This document shows positions 50,134-62,757 of a stretch of 64,000 bases of DNA, in pieces. The stretch's first letter is position 1; every line of letters begins with the position of its first letter. Origin of the DNA: Felis catus (lineage: Eukaryota); assembly GCF_018350175.1 (NCBI RefSeq), contig NC_058368.1, positions 3,534,001 to 3,598,000 of the forward strand. Direction: 5' to 3'. The position numbers and the translations under genes were made by a program. The notes below the pieces were generated by a model. It did not search any database, was not told where the DNA came from, and worked only from the letters and a program-made list of their open reading frames with translations.

Positions 50134-50329
50134 AAAGAAGGTATGATATAACCGTGGAGTGGCCATCTACCACTATAGCCTTAAGTTGCATGCTTACAAT
50201 TTTAAATTACATGAGATATTTATGTTTTAGAAAGCTGTAATTTGAGAAGACACAGCGGGCATATTATTTACACACATAAGCCTCAATTTCCTCATTTGAT
50301 TCTGGCAGTGATTAAATCAAAAGAGGGAA

Positions 50330-50545
50330 GGGTGCCCGGGTGGCTCAGTTGGTTAAACGTCCAATTTTGGCTCAGGTCATGATCTCGGGGTTTGTGGGTT
50401 TGAACCTCGAGTCAGGCTCTATGCTGACAGCTCAGAGCTTGGAGCCTGTTTCAGATTCTGTGCCTCCCTCTCTCTCTCTGCCCCTTCTCTGCTCACGCTC
50501 TGTCTCTCTCTCTCTCACACAAATACATAAACATTAAAAAAAAAA
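50330..50545 (+). mobile_element. Can-SINE
   Basis: Full body; imperfect TSD aaatcaaaagagggaag / aaatcaaaatgtgggaag. Confidence 0.94.
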
Positions 50546-50653
50546 AATCAAAATGTGGGAAGACAATTCTTTCCTCCAACAGTTAAACTATTATCTCCCA
50601 AGCTGCTTTTCTGAGCAAGACTCCAGGTGAATGAGAGTGGATTTCTTATTAAA

Positions 50654-50684
<31 letters not shown>

Positions 50685-50794
50685 TATTCTGGGTTTTGTG
50701 AGGGGAGGGAGGGTGATTTGCATTCCCCTTTTATTTTACTTCACAAAGTGCAAAGGTTTTGCATCCTTTATTTCCTTTTTTTTCCTTCTTTTTT

Positions 50795-50897
50795 GCTTTT
50801 CAGGAGTAGAATTCAGTGATTCATCACTGACATACAATACCCAGCGCTCATCACAACAAGTGCCCTCTGTAGTGCCCATCACCCATCTAGCCCATCT
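50795..50897 (-). mobile_element. Short carnivore L1 3'-end fragment
   Basis: ttcaggagtagaattcagtgattcatcact...caacaagtgccctc, similar to 47888-47985. Confidence 0.85.
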
Positions 50898-51084
50898 CTA
50901 TGAGTTCACATAAGTTTGGAAATGCCTGCGCATAACATATCTCCTTTCTGTAGGTGCACAATGAACATTATAATTTAAGGACTCTGAGAAATTCCGGAGC
51001 AAAGAGAACTTTCTAGAACTTTGTAATATAATTTCCTAAGCCTGTATGACCACACCTCTGAGCATGGTAAAGAATAAGCCACCC

Positions 51085-51277
51085 TGGTGTGCCTGAGTGG
51101 CTTGTTGGTTAAGCGACCGACTTTGGATTTTGTCTGAGGTCATGATCTCACAGTCAAGGGATTGAGCCCCGTGTCGTGTTGGGCTCTGTACCAGCAGTGG
51201 GGACCCTGCTTGAGATTGTCTCTCTACCCTTCCCGCATGCTCTTTCTCAAAATAAATAAGTAAACATTAAAAAAAAG
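51085..51277 (+). mobile_element. Older Can-SINE
   Basis: gtgcctgagtggct...ggtcatgatctcacagtc...ctcaaaataaataag. Confidence 0.88.
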
Positions 51278-53083
51278 AGAGAGAACATTCCACAGAACAC
51301 AGTTGGAAAACGCTATTCTATAAACAAGAATATGATAGAATAATTATCACTCCAGTGCCATGAACCAACGTTTTAGTGGAGTTGCAGAAATAGTGGCGGA
51401 TTTGCATAAGTAACAGAAGCTACCCTGAGGCACAAACAAGACTTAGCTGCATTTGTGGAATCACAATTAACATACATTTTAACGTTTTGAACAATAATAC
51501 AGTTTGCCCTTTCTAATGTGATAAGAAACTCCTGAAGATTTTTAAATATCCTCTCAACTGCAAAGGAGGAGAAATTAAAAGAAAGGTCTGAAAATTTTAC
51601 ATTAAAAAAAAAAAGAACCGTGAAATGGACGTTCAGATTTGCCACTTACCGACCAAGGTGTCTGTATACATCATTTCAATAATAATTGCATGAATACCAA
51701 ACGATGTAATACACATATCGCTAAAGATGCACTGGAGGCATTGCTCAAATACTAGTTCTCTCATGAACATGCTTTTAAATCCTATAGCTGGGTACACAGC
51801 ATTGTATTATAGTCATTGTAAACTAGATGTTGAAAACTCCATGTTTCTATGTTCCAGAGAAAACAGTCTTTGCAAGAGAGGATGACCTCAGATATTCTGA
51901 TATGTGCTTAAAATATCAGCTACAACACATATTCAACCCCAGATCTTCTGGTGCTGGCTTTCCATACTCAAGGAGGCTGCCAGTAAGCCTATAACTCACA
52001 AGTCCAATTCTGACGGAGTTTTCACAGTGCATGTGACAGATTGGTGTTGGACTGACAATCACAGACAACTTTGGAGGGACAGGTGGCAGGGACACTGTCT
52101 AAAATAAGTAACTTCCCAATAATAACATGTCATGTTGGTCAATAAAAAAAATAAATTAAAAATATTAAATAAATAACATAAAAACTCGATGTTTCTATTC
52201 ATTAAAATCATTCCCTTCCGTGCACTGAGTTCAATGGTGGACAAATGACTGCCTAGCACTCAATCCCATCCTCCTTCTAAAAGCACTCCGATGTATTATT
52301 CAGGCATTAGCCTTTCCATATTATAGTTTATGCATTTCCAGGGAAATTTATCCCACACTAAGCTCAGGGGTTGACCATAAGGATTGATTTTTTTTTTTTA
52401 ATGACTCAAATGAGATCAGTAAGACTCAGAAGAATGCTACTAAAGGCTATGCCTAGGAAGGAATCATAAGAGATGCTCTCCCATGTTGGATGTTCTGTTT
52501 TCCACAGTTTCACCCCTGTCAACCCAGATCCTCCCAGCTTTATGCCTTGAAAGTCTGTTTTCTATGGATGGTCTCACCTAGACTCTCTGGCTCTCCCATT
52601 TACAGTTGATATTGGCTAATGGGAGACAGAAACAACAGAATGTAGAGGAGAGACAAATGAACGAACAGAGTGTTTATTAGCCCCACCCCAGCCTGCTGTT
52701 TGGTTACGGCCATCTTTCACCATTCTGTCCCCTCCAGTGCCTCTTGGCATGTTATGTAACCTATATAGCTCGCCTCCTTCTAAAATCTCAAGAATCTTCA
52801 AGAAGGTAATGGAAGAATTGGCATGGGACTCTCAAAATTCCCATTTGTGTTCTGGAGAGAAAGAAAAGTGTGAGAACCCTCTCGTATTAATCCTTTTGAT
52901 TTCATCACACAAACAAATGAATAGCGCTGGAATAAAATAATAGCAATAAACAAGTACACAAACAAAAAAGAACATAAAAATAGAGAATTACAGGTGCTAT
53001 GATCATGGTATAGTCCAACTGTTGTGGAAGGACACGTACAGACAAGAGGTAGAGAGTTTTACCAATATGGATACAAAAATGCT

Positions 53084-53322
53084 GGGACGCCCAGGTTGGC
53101 TCAGTCAGTTGAGTGTTCGACTTCAGCTCGGGTCATGATTTCATGATTTCATGATTTCATGATTTCAGGTTCGTGAGTTCAAGCCCCTCATGGGGCTCTG
53201 TGCTGACAGTTCAGAGCCTGGAGCCTGATTCTGTCTCCGTCTCTCTCTGCCCCTTCCCCACTTGTGTTCTGTCTTTCTCTCTCTCTCAAAAATAAATACA
53301 CATTAAAAAAATTAAATAAAAG
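53084..53322 (+). mobile_element. Can-SINE with internal (TCATGATT)x4
   Basis: Full body; TSD acaaaaatgc. Confidence 0.94.
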
Positions 53323-53339
53323 AAGACAAAAATGCCAAG

Positions 53340-53945
53340 GAAAGCAGCATTATGGAGGTGATTGTAATTAAGCTGAATTTTTAAAGATAAATATTTTCAA
53401 TGAAGGCAAAGAGGAAAAGGAAATTATAGGCAAATAGTAGTCCAGCAGGATAATAAACACTTCAGTGTTCTGAAACACACAGATGTGCTTGAGAAACTTG
53501 AAGTGGCTCATTAGGGTTGAAATGCTGAGTTTAAGATGTCAGCTACATGGCAAGAGATGAGTCTAGAGACAGACGAGGGCTTGTACAGCATGGGTTTGAT
53601 GCCACTCAAGGAAAACTGGGTTTTATTCCTCTGTCCAAGGGTATCTACTTAGGGGTTTTAAGCAAAAGAACAGCATGGCCAATGCTGTATATTAGAAAAA
53701 GCCCACCGGTAGCATAATAATAAATGGAGGCAACAAGAATATCGCAAGAACTGGGAGATAGGAGCCTTACAGTCACAGAGGTGGGACATTCTAATTTAGG
53801 TTTCTGGCCGTGTGACGGAGGGCTTGGGTTTTAGACAGGCAGACTGTAAGGCAATGACATTTTTTAAAAATGACTTCTAATCAGAATGGATAAGAGTGAG
53901 AGAAAAAAGAAGGATGAATCCCAAATTTCTAGCCCGGGTACATGG
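53340..53945 (-). mobile_element. L2 fragment (degenerate)
   Basis: agatgagtctagagacag...gggttttattcc...ttttaagcaaaagaacagcatggcc...ggatgaatcccaaatttctagcc. Confidence 0.6.
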
Positions 53946-53949
53946 AAGA

Positions 53950-54336
53950 TGCCGTCTGCCTGGGCTGCCAGAACCAACACCATGGATGTCTACCAAGCAA
54001 TAGAAATTTGGTTTCTCACAGTTCTGGAAGCAGGAAGTCCGAGATCGGGGTGGCAGCAGGGTTTGTGTCCGGTGAGGGCTCTTCCCTTGGGTTGCAGGTG
54101 CCTTCTTGCTGGGGGCTCACATGACCTGTGGCTTGTGCAAGAGTCTGAAAGAAGAGAATGGGTGAGTGCTCCCATGTCTCTTCTTCTAAGAACACTGATC
54201 CTATCATATCAGGGCCTCTCCCTTAGGACCCTTCCTGGTTTTTATGACCTCCTATGGCCCTGCCTTCAAATACAGTCAGTCATATTGGGGGTTAGGGCTT
54301 CAGCATATTTGGGGAGACACAATTCAGTCCATAGCA
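53950..54336 (-). mobile_element. MaLR solo LTR (MLT1A-like)
   Basis: gggctgcc...tttctcacagttctggaagcaggaagtccgagatc...ttgggggttagggcttca...acacaattcagtccatagca. Confidence 0.9.
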
Positions 54337-54384
54337 GAAGAATACGCTACCAACTGAAAAGTTTCATTTCTTCATTATGTTTTT

Positions 54385-54595
54385 TTTTATTTTTTTTAAT
54401 GTTTATTTATTTTTGAGACAGAGACACAGCATGAACGGGGGAGGGTCAGAGAGAGAGGGAGACACAGAATCCGAAGCAGGCTCCAGGCTCTGAGCGGTCA
54501 GCACAGAGCCCGACGCGGGGCTCGAACTCACGGACCGCGAGATCATGACCTGAGCCGAAGTCGGCCGCTTAACCGACTGAGCCACCCAGGCACCC
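54385..54595 (-). mobile_element. Can-SINE (fairly young)
   Basis: CpG-rich body; perfect TSD tcttcattatgttttt. Confidence 0.97.
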
Positions 54596-55153
54596 CTCTT
54601 CATTATGTTTTTACATAGCGGTAGCGGTGCTTTGCCCATCCTTTCCATATTGTGACTCACGTAGTGTTGCCCATATGGTCTCTCACAACTCGTATTGTTA
54701 CTAGGATCAGGCAGCCATAATGTATTTGAGTTTTTAGGGCCCCTTATCTCTCTGATTTATGTAGAATCTTTTTATAAAACCACACTGGTACCTGATTAGA
54801 AAAAAAAAATCTCTTAGAAATAATTCTATGTTCACACTATTAATGTGATCAGTAATGCATTTCACATATTTCTGGAGCCTGAGCAAGTCCTACAAAGCTT
54901 TCTCAAACCATAGTATGTATGTTCAACGCCCATCAACGTCAGAGTCAACAGCTAACATCATTTGAACATTTCTAGTTTTTAGTGCTTTTGTGAATCAGCC
55001 TCACGAGAAAAACTAGTGATCTCAGATCTTCATAGTTATGCTTATTCTTTGAACATCAGATGTGTGAAGAATCCAGCATCCATGGGATAATACAGGGAAG
55101 GGCCAGCAACTGGTAAGTGAATTGCTGATGCTATTCAGATATCAAATCAAAGC

Positions 55154-55293
55154 AGATAGATGATGAATGGATAGAGAGATAGATAATAGAGAGATAGATA
55201 AAAAGATAATAGATGATAGGATAGATGATAGATAGATAGATAGATGATAGATAGATGATAGATGATTATGATAGATAGATGAGTGATTGATAC

Positions 55294-55328
<35 letters not shown>

Positions 55329-55352
55329 CAGAAAGACAGATGCTTAGATAGA
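55154..55352. repeat. Compound (GATA)n tetranucleotide repeat
   Basis: About 200 bp of interrupted GATA/GAT units. Confidence 0.95.
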
Positions 55353-56734
55353 CTGAGACAATCGATAATGCGGAAGATATCAAGCCAGTTACTGAGGATA
55401 TAGAGACTAATAAAACACATCCTGCTATGAAGAAGAATCACTCATTTATTCAATAAGCATTCACTGAGCATCTATTTATGGCCAAATGCAGGATGTAAGA
55501 AAATGAAGAAGTAGGAATGGTACCAACCATAATTGATCTTACACCATGGAGAAAGCGGTGGCGATGAACGCGTAAGCACAAACAATTCTAAAATCCTACT
55601 TTGACAGTGTTATCAAGGAAAACTGCATCTCAATAATGATTCTGACACTAATTTCAAGTGTTTGTAACACAAATATTTAATTCATGTTCTCTAAAGCAAC
55701 CTCCTGTATATAGGCAGAATGGAAGCAACATAGGGGTTCGTAAGATATTCAAACACTTCAACAGCTATAACCCATCGATGCGGTATAACATACCTTCTGG
55801 TATGAGTCTGAGCATAAGTTCAATGCTGCACACGATCGAAGGCTTAAAGATCCACTCATGAACTATGTAATGTCGATAGTTTCAAAGCTACAAAATAAGC
55901 TACCTTTGACCTGGTCATGTTTCATTAGAACCCCGCACCCTTTTGCAACCTGTCATTTTAGACTTGGAGATTTCTTTGCACCTTTTAAAACACGGTTTCT
56001 AGCAATATCCATATATGAATTCATACTGTCATCATTGTGAGGTTACAACGAACACCTATTTTCAAGCAGGACACTTTTTTACCTTATTTGCATTACTGTA
56101 AGATGCAACTTCAGCCTGTTTGATCAGGCTAAAAATTCTTCATCTCAGTAACACAAAAGTCTCCCAGTTGTCTCTGCTTCTTGTCATTTTATGACCTGAA
56201 TTTACAAAACGAATGGAAGAAGTCACAGTTTGTTGTCCTTGTTTCTTGCCAACACCTGGCTCTTCAGTCATGTTTAACCCTTCTTGGGGTTTGTTTAACC
56301 CTGTGGTGTCTCTTACAAAATCACAGCAAGAAACTGCAAGTCTTAATGAGAAACTGGCAGTTATTTAGAACCAGTCATATAGCAGAAAATGTTAGACATT
56401 TTTCCATGCATGATCTCTTTAAATGGTCACAACATTCCAGAGAAGCATGTGCTGGTTTTCTCATTCTACCAAAAAGGGACCTGGTCTCGAAGAGATTAAC
56501 TGTCTCAAGACATAACAGCTTGGAAAGCCAACTGATGTCTCTGATATCGATGCCAATTCTATTCCCACTACAACATCTAAGATGACTTTGAACTAGGCAG
56601 AAGTGCTAACTGTTCAATGCCTCAACCACTCACGTAGAGAATTATTTCCCTCATCTGAAAATGAAGATTTTAATCAGATGAAGCCTAAGGCCCGTTCATT
56701 GAAGTAACTAATTACAGAGCGTCTATCAGGAGGG

Positions 56735-56912
56735 ATGTATATATGCATATATATACACACATATATACATCTAGACACATAATTTCTTATTTTAGATAGA
56801 CTATGTAAAATTATTTTATATATGTATAATATTTTATATAATCTTATATGTGTGTGTACATATATGTTATGTATATATAAGATGCATACACATGTATATA
56901 CGTGTATATATT
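56735..56912. repeat. Degenerate (TA)/(CA) low-complexity tract
   Basis: Direct observation. Confidence 0.8.
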
Positions 56913-58685
56913 ATCACTGTGGTGAACTCAGATTCTTAATGGCTGCATGATAGCTACACGACATTCACCTGTAAGAGTACAAATGTCCTTTTCTATAGGG
57001 ACTCGGCATCAGAACACGTTGCCATCATCCTGCCCAATCAGAACATCCTGCCCAGTCTCTCCCTGACCCAAATCCCCAGACTATCCCCAGGCTCTTAAAA
57101 TAAAACGTCATTAGACTCAGCCCCAGAAAGATAGGTCTGGTTTTCATTTCGGTTTTCACACTTTGGTACCCTTACTAATATTATAGCTGAGGAGTAATGG
57201 AACCATAACTCAGGACTCCTACCTCAACAAGAGCTCATTCTTCATGAAATAAACTTCAGGTTAGATTCCATTAAGTGCATCAGGCGTAGACGTTTCCTTG
57301 GTGGATACCACATAACTCTTCTCTGTGACATAGTCAAGGACAGAGCTTGAGAATGACATTTTCCACAGTGAAACCTGCTCAGAGGTCAGGACAGATATAT
57401 TGTCCCTCATATGCGGCAGCTCAATCACTCACTGTTCACAGATAGAACTCTCAGCCTAAACCTGAGGACCCATTCTGATTCAGGCACATTTTTCATATCT
57501 CCCTGTCAATAACTTCTAAACGATACAACATCGAGTGTACTGAGATTGAGAATTCTAATCAAATCTATTTAGAAATCTATTTTTACACCCCGTTCTAGCA
57601 TACCGTTTTTGTAAAATTAACTAGTGGAGACAACATCCTGACTGAGAGGTGGGAATTGGCTTTATTTGGCAAAGCTGGGCGCCCCTGCCCAGATTAGGCA
57701 GCCAAGTGGCCGCCCTGACTCGCAGAACCACAGGGGACTTGATGTTGGTGGGTGAACACCCTCTTCCCTCCTGCAGATCAGAGGTACTTTCCAGAAGGAG
57801 CTGCCTTAAGCTTCACAAGCCTTCATGTATAGCCCCAACTGTATTATTTGCTAGGCATATAATCCTAGACAACATCCTAGCTTCCTTACCCAACACCTCC
57901 CCCATTTTGAAAAGGAGCACAGTACGTAAACCTGTCAATCTGAGGGTATTTTGAGAATGTTAGGAATGCCCTCACATGTAAAATACTGTAGGTTGTAATA
58001 TGTTTTCATCAGCCTAATCGTATTATTTGATGTTTCCAATAATAAATTTAGCCTGAGTTTCACATATCACGTCTTTGGCAACTAGAATGGCCTTGTTAAC
58101 GGTGGCACTCAGGCTGATGAGCTGCAGCCAGTGGGAAATCGAACAGGGACGCCCTAGAGGCTGTTCAGGAGTTCACAGGTGGCCAGGCAGAAAACAGACA
58201 GCCGTAGGGCACAGCGATGAGCTCTAACACAGTGATTCCAGGGGCCTCGTCCTACCACCACTTGAGTAGCAAATTTAACCTCGAAGTAGGAAAAAGATCA
58301 AGTCCAGGACCTACACAGAAACAAAATCGTGCAGAAGCAAAATGCAAGGGCAATTCTGTGGTATGATATTCCAAGGCCCTTTTCATCAGACCCCGGGATG
58401 CCAATGGCTCAGTTCACTGCCAAGGATGGAGCATGGCTGGGTTGTCCCGCGTTAGTAGTGGATCAGAGCGGGCAGTGTCTTTGCCGAGCTTGGCCTATAC
58501 ACACGGCTTCATCTGTCGTTCCCTCCATTGTGACACACACACACCTTATTGCCTTAAGTCAACCCTGGGAGCACCGTTAGATGGTCTGTTGCTGGTGTGC
58601 ATTTCTCATGGTCAGCTCCAGAGATGGTGTCCGGGTCTTCTGAGAGCCTAACTTCATCTCTTATCTTAATAAAAAGTTTCACATA

Positions 58686-58885
58686 GGGGCGCCTGGGTGG
58701 CTCGGTCGGTTGGGCATCCGACTGTGGCTCAGGTCATGATTTCACCATTCGTGGGTTCAAGCCCCACACCTGGCTCTGTGCTGACAGCTCAAAGCCTGGA
58801 CCTTGCTTCTGATTCTGTGTCTCCCTCTCTCTCGGCCCTCCCCTGCTCAAACTCTGTCTCTCTCTCTCAAAAATAAATAAACATA
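58686..58885 (+). mobile_element. Can-SINE
   Basis: Full body; imperfect TSD aagtttcacata / aatttccatata. Confidence 0.95.
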
Positions 58886-60279
58886 TTTTTTTTTAAATTT
58901 CCATATAAATGTTTTGAGTTTAATCCACAAGCCATTATCCAGAGAAAAGAACAATTCTAAAGTATATGGGTTTGGTGATGACTGTTTAGCTACTACTCCA
59001 AGGGCATGATGCCCAAAAGAAATAATTGAGAAGCTGGACTTTCTTAAAATTTTCTGCTCAGTGAAAGACACCAACAAAGGAATGAGAAAATAATCCATAG
59101 AATGGGAGACAATGTTCTAAAAATGTATGTGATAAAATTTAATTCAGCAATATAAAAAATTGGATACAGCATAATTAGATGTAGTTATTCAAGAAGTATA
59201 ATATTTTAACATCTATGTGATCATAATATTAATAAAAATGTTAAAATATGGATATTTAAATAGTAAAAAAGGTCATATGATCATTTCAATAGCTGTAAAA
59301 AATAGATTACAAAATTTATTACTTATTTATGATACAAACTCTCCAGTACATGAAGAGTAAAATGATCTTCAGTATGATAAAGCACATCTAAGAAAAACCC
59401 AAAGCCAGAATTATACGTACAGTGAAATATCAAATGTTTTTTTCCCAAATTTGAGAACAAGGCAAGAACACCTGCTCTTACCCCCTCTATTCCACATTCA
59501 TACAGGAAGTCCTACCAAGTGCATAAGGAAAGAAGGAAAAATGAAGGGACTAATGTTTGGAAAGTAAGAAGTCCAACTTCTTGTATACAGACAGGACATG
59601 ATTGTTTCCTTGGTAGAAAATACTCAGGGTTCTATAAACTATTAGAACTAAGAAGTGAAATTGGCACATCTACAACATCCCAATTGTACTTCTAAGTATT
59701 AGCGACAAAAATTAGAAAAAAAAAAATCGATTCTTCCACAATAATGTAAAAGATGTAAAAGTTAATAAAAATGATTTTTTAATATAATTTATTGTCAAGA
59801 GTAGAAATGAATTTAACAAAGATAAGCAAGACGTCTACACTAAATACTGCAAAGCACTACTATGAAAAAAAAAAGCTACAGAAAAGCCAAGTATACGAAG
59901 AGAAATATCATGTTCATGGACTGAAAGTCTCACAATTATGAGGTGTTAGTTATCTCTTAATTAACCTATGTATTGAACATAAGTCTAATCCGAATCATTG
60001 TAGGCTTTCTTTAGAATTTAATCAGATGATTTTTAAATTTATATAGAAATGCAAAGAACACAGACTACTCAAAGAATCTTGATAAAGAACAAAGGATTTA
60101 CATTACCTGATTTCAAGACCTACTATAAAGCTACTGTCATCATTCTGACATTGGCATACAGATCAACATCTAGTTCACTGGTGCAGAATATATAGTGCAA
60201 AAATAGATTTACATTTATGAGGTCAATTGATTTTCCACAAAGATACTAACACAACTCAATGAGGAAAGGAAAATCTTTT

Positions 60280-60350
60280 TTTTAATATAATTTATTGTCA
60301 AATTGGCTAACATACAGTCTTTAAAGTTTGTTCTTGGTTTTAGGGGTGGA
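60280..60350 (-). mobile_element. About 70-bp extremely 5'-truncated felid L1 insertion
   Basis: Reverse complement of the L1 terminus at about 28743-28810; exact TSD ggaaaatctttt. Confidence 0.9.
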
Positions 60351-60673
60351 AGGGAAAATCTTTTCAATGACAGTGCTGGAAAAAATGGATATCCACTAGG
60401 GAAAAATAAAATAAAATTTGACCTCCACCTCACTGTGTATACAAAGATTAAGTTGAATCACAAAATATAAAAGCTAAAACAATGACATCTTTAGGGGGGA
60501 AAAATGGGAGAATTTCTCTGTGGCCAAATAGATATTTCTTGGACACAACTCAGAAATTACTAATTATAGAAAAATAAGAGTGATAAATTGGAACATATTA
60601 AAATTTAAAACTTCTGTTGATCAAAAGACAGTTCCAACAGAATGAGTAGGCAAAGCCTAGAGAAAACAAGAGG

Positions 60674-60674
<1 letters not shown>

Positions 60675-60714
<40 letters not shown>
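60675..60714. repeat. (TA)n microsatellite
   Basis: Direct observation. Confidence 0.95.
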
Positions 60715-60715
<1 letters not shown>

Positions 60716-61399
60716 CAAAAGACTTCTATCACCTCGTGAATAGAGATGCAAAAATCCTCAACAATATATTAGCAAATCAAATCCAACAATATATTTTTAA
60801 AAATCTACACCATGATCACATGGGATTTATTCTTGGGATGCAAGGGTGGGTTAATATTTGTAAAGAATCAATGTCATATGTCACATCAATAAGAGAAAAG
60901 ATAGAAACCATATGATCATTTCAATCGATGCAGAAAAAGCATTCAACAAAGTACCACACCCATTCATGATAAAAACCATTTGCAAAGTAGGCCTAAAGGG
61001 AACATATCTCAACGTAATAAAGCCCATCTATGAAACACATGCAGCCAATATCATTTCTCAATGGTAAAGAACTAAATATGTTCCCCTAATGTCAGGAACA
61101 AGACAAAGATATCCATTCTTACCACTTTAGTCAACATAGTACAGAAGTTCTAACTACAGTAATTAAACAACATAAAGAAATAAAAGGCATCCAAATTGAT
61201 AAGGAAGAAGTAAAGCTCTCACTATTTGCAGATGACATGACACTATATACAGAAAACCCAAAAGACCACCACAAAACTTCCAGAACTGATAAATGAATTG
61301 AATAAAGTCACAGGATGCCAAATCAATGTACAGAAATCTGTTGCATTTCTGTATACTAATAATGAAGCAGCAGAAAGTGAAATTAAGAAAACAATTCCA

Positions 61400-61625
61400 G
61401 GGTCGCCTGGGTGGCCAGTCCTTTCAGCATCCGACTTCGGCTCAGGTCATGATCTCATGGTTCATGGGTTTATGCCCCGCATCAGGCTCTGTGCTGACAG
61501 CTCGGAGCCTAGCGCCTGCTTCATATCATGTGTCTCCCTCTCTCTCTTCCCCTCCCCTGCTCTCTCTCTCTCTGTCTCTCTCTCTCTCTCTCAAAAATAA
61601 ACAAATAAACACTAAAAAAAATTTT
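61400..61625 (+). mobile_element. Can-SINE inserted in L1 ORF2
   Basis: TSD aagaaaacaa(t/c)tccag. Confidence 0.95.
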
Positions 61626-62545
61626 TTTAAAGAAAACAACTCCAGTCACAATTGTGCCAAAAACAATAAGATACCTAGGGACAAACTTAATAAGAGGTGA
61701 AAGATCTGTACTCTGAAAATTATAAAACACTGATGAAAGAAATTCAAGATGATGCGACAAAACCAAACCATATTCCATGCTCATGGGTTGAAAGAATAAA
61801 TATTGTTAGAATGTCTGTACTACACAAAGCAACCTGCACATTTAATGTAATCCCTATCAAAATGCCACCAGCATTTTTCAGAGAGCTAAAGCAAACAATC
61901 CTAAAATTTGTATGGAACTACAAAAGACCCCAAATATTCAAAGCAACCTTGAAAAAGAAAAACTAAGCTGGAGGCACCACGACTCCAGACTTCATGTTAT
62001 ATTACAAAGCTGTAATGATCAAAGCAGTATGGTGATGGCACAAAAATAGACACATAGATCAATGGAACAGAATAGAACCCAGAAATTAACCCACAACTAT
62101 ATGGTCAATTAATCTTTGGCAAAGCAGGAAACAATATCCAATGGAAAAAAAAAAAAAAGATAGTCTCTTCAACACATGGTGTTGGGGAAACTGGACACCA
62201 AATGCAGAAGAATGAAACTGGGCCGCTTTCTTCCACCATATACAAAAATAAACTCAAAATGGATGAAAGACCTACATGTGAGACCTGAAACCATCAAAAT
62301 CCTAGAGGAGAACACAGGCAGTGACCTCTCTGACAGCGGCCACGGCAACTTCTTTCTGGATATGTCTTCTGAGACAAGGGAAACAAAAGCAAAACGAAAC
62401 CATTAGGACTCCATCAAAACGAAAAGCTTCTGCACAGCAAGGGAAACAATCAACAAAACTGAAACGCAACTTACGGAATAGAAGATATTTGCAAATGACA
62501 TAGGTGATAAAAGGTTAGTGTCCAAAGCTTATAAAGAACTTATAT

Positions 62546-62757
62546 GGGGCGCCTGGGTGGCTCAGTGGGTTAAGCATGCGACTTTGGCTCAGGTCATGAT
62601 CACACGCGTTTGTGAGTTCGAGCCCCGCGTCAGGCTCTGTGCCGACAGTTGGAGCCTGGAGGCTGCTTGGGATTCTGTGTCTCCCTCTTTCTCTTCCCCT
62701 CCCTTACTCATGCTCTCTCTCTCTCTCTCTCAAAAATAAATAAACGTTTAAAAAATT
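62546..62757 (+). mobile_element. Can-SINE inserted in L1 ORF2, no TSD visible
   Basis: Full SINEC body; the flanks do not repeat. Confidence 0.95.

Larger units (their letters stand above)
58960..60730 (+). mobile_element. Old L1 ORF2 fragments
   Basis: catatgatcatttcaatagctg...gaacaaggcaag...tcatgttcatggactgaaag...cattacctgatttcaagacctactataaagctac. Confidence 0.85.

Noticed and set aside
53886..54416. 176-aa ATG-initiated ORF
   Set aside because: Crosses L2, an MLT1 LTR and a SINE tail; a chance read-through.
57139..57158. ISRE/IRF-like motif ggttttcatttcggttttc
   Set aside because: Imperfect spacing and no promoter context.
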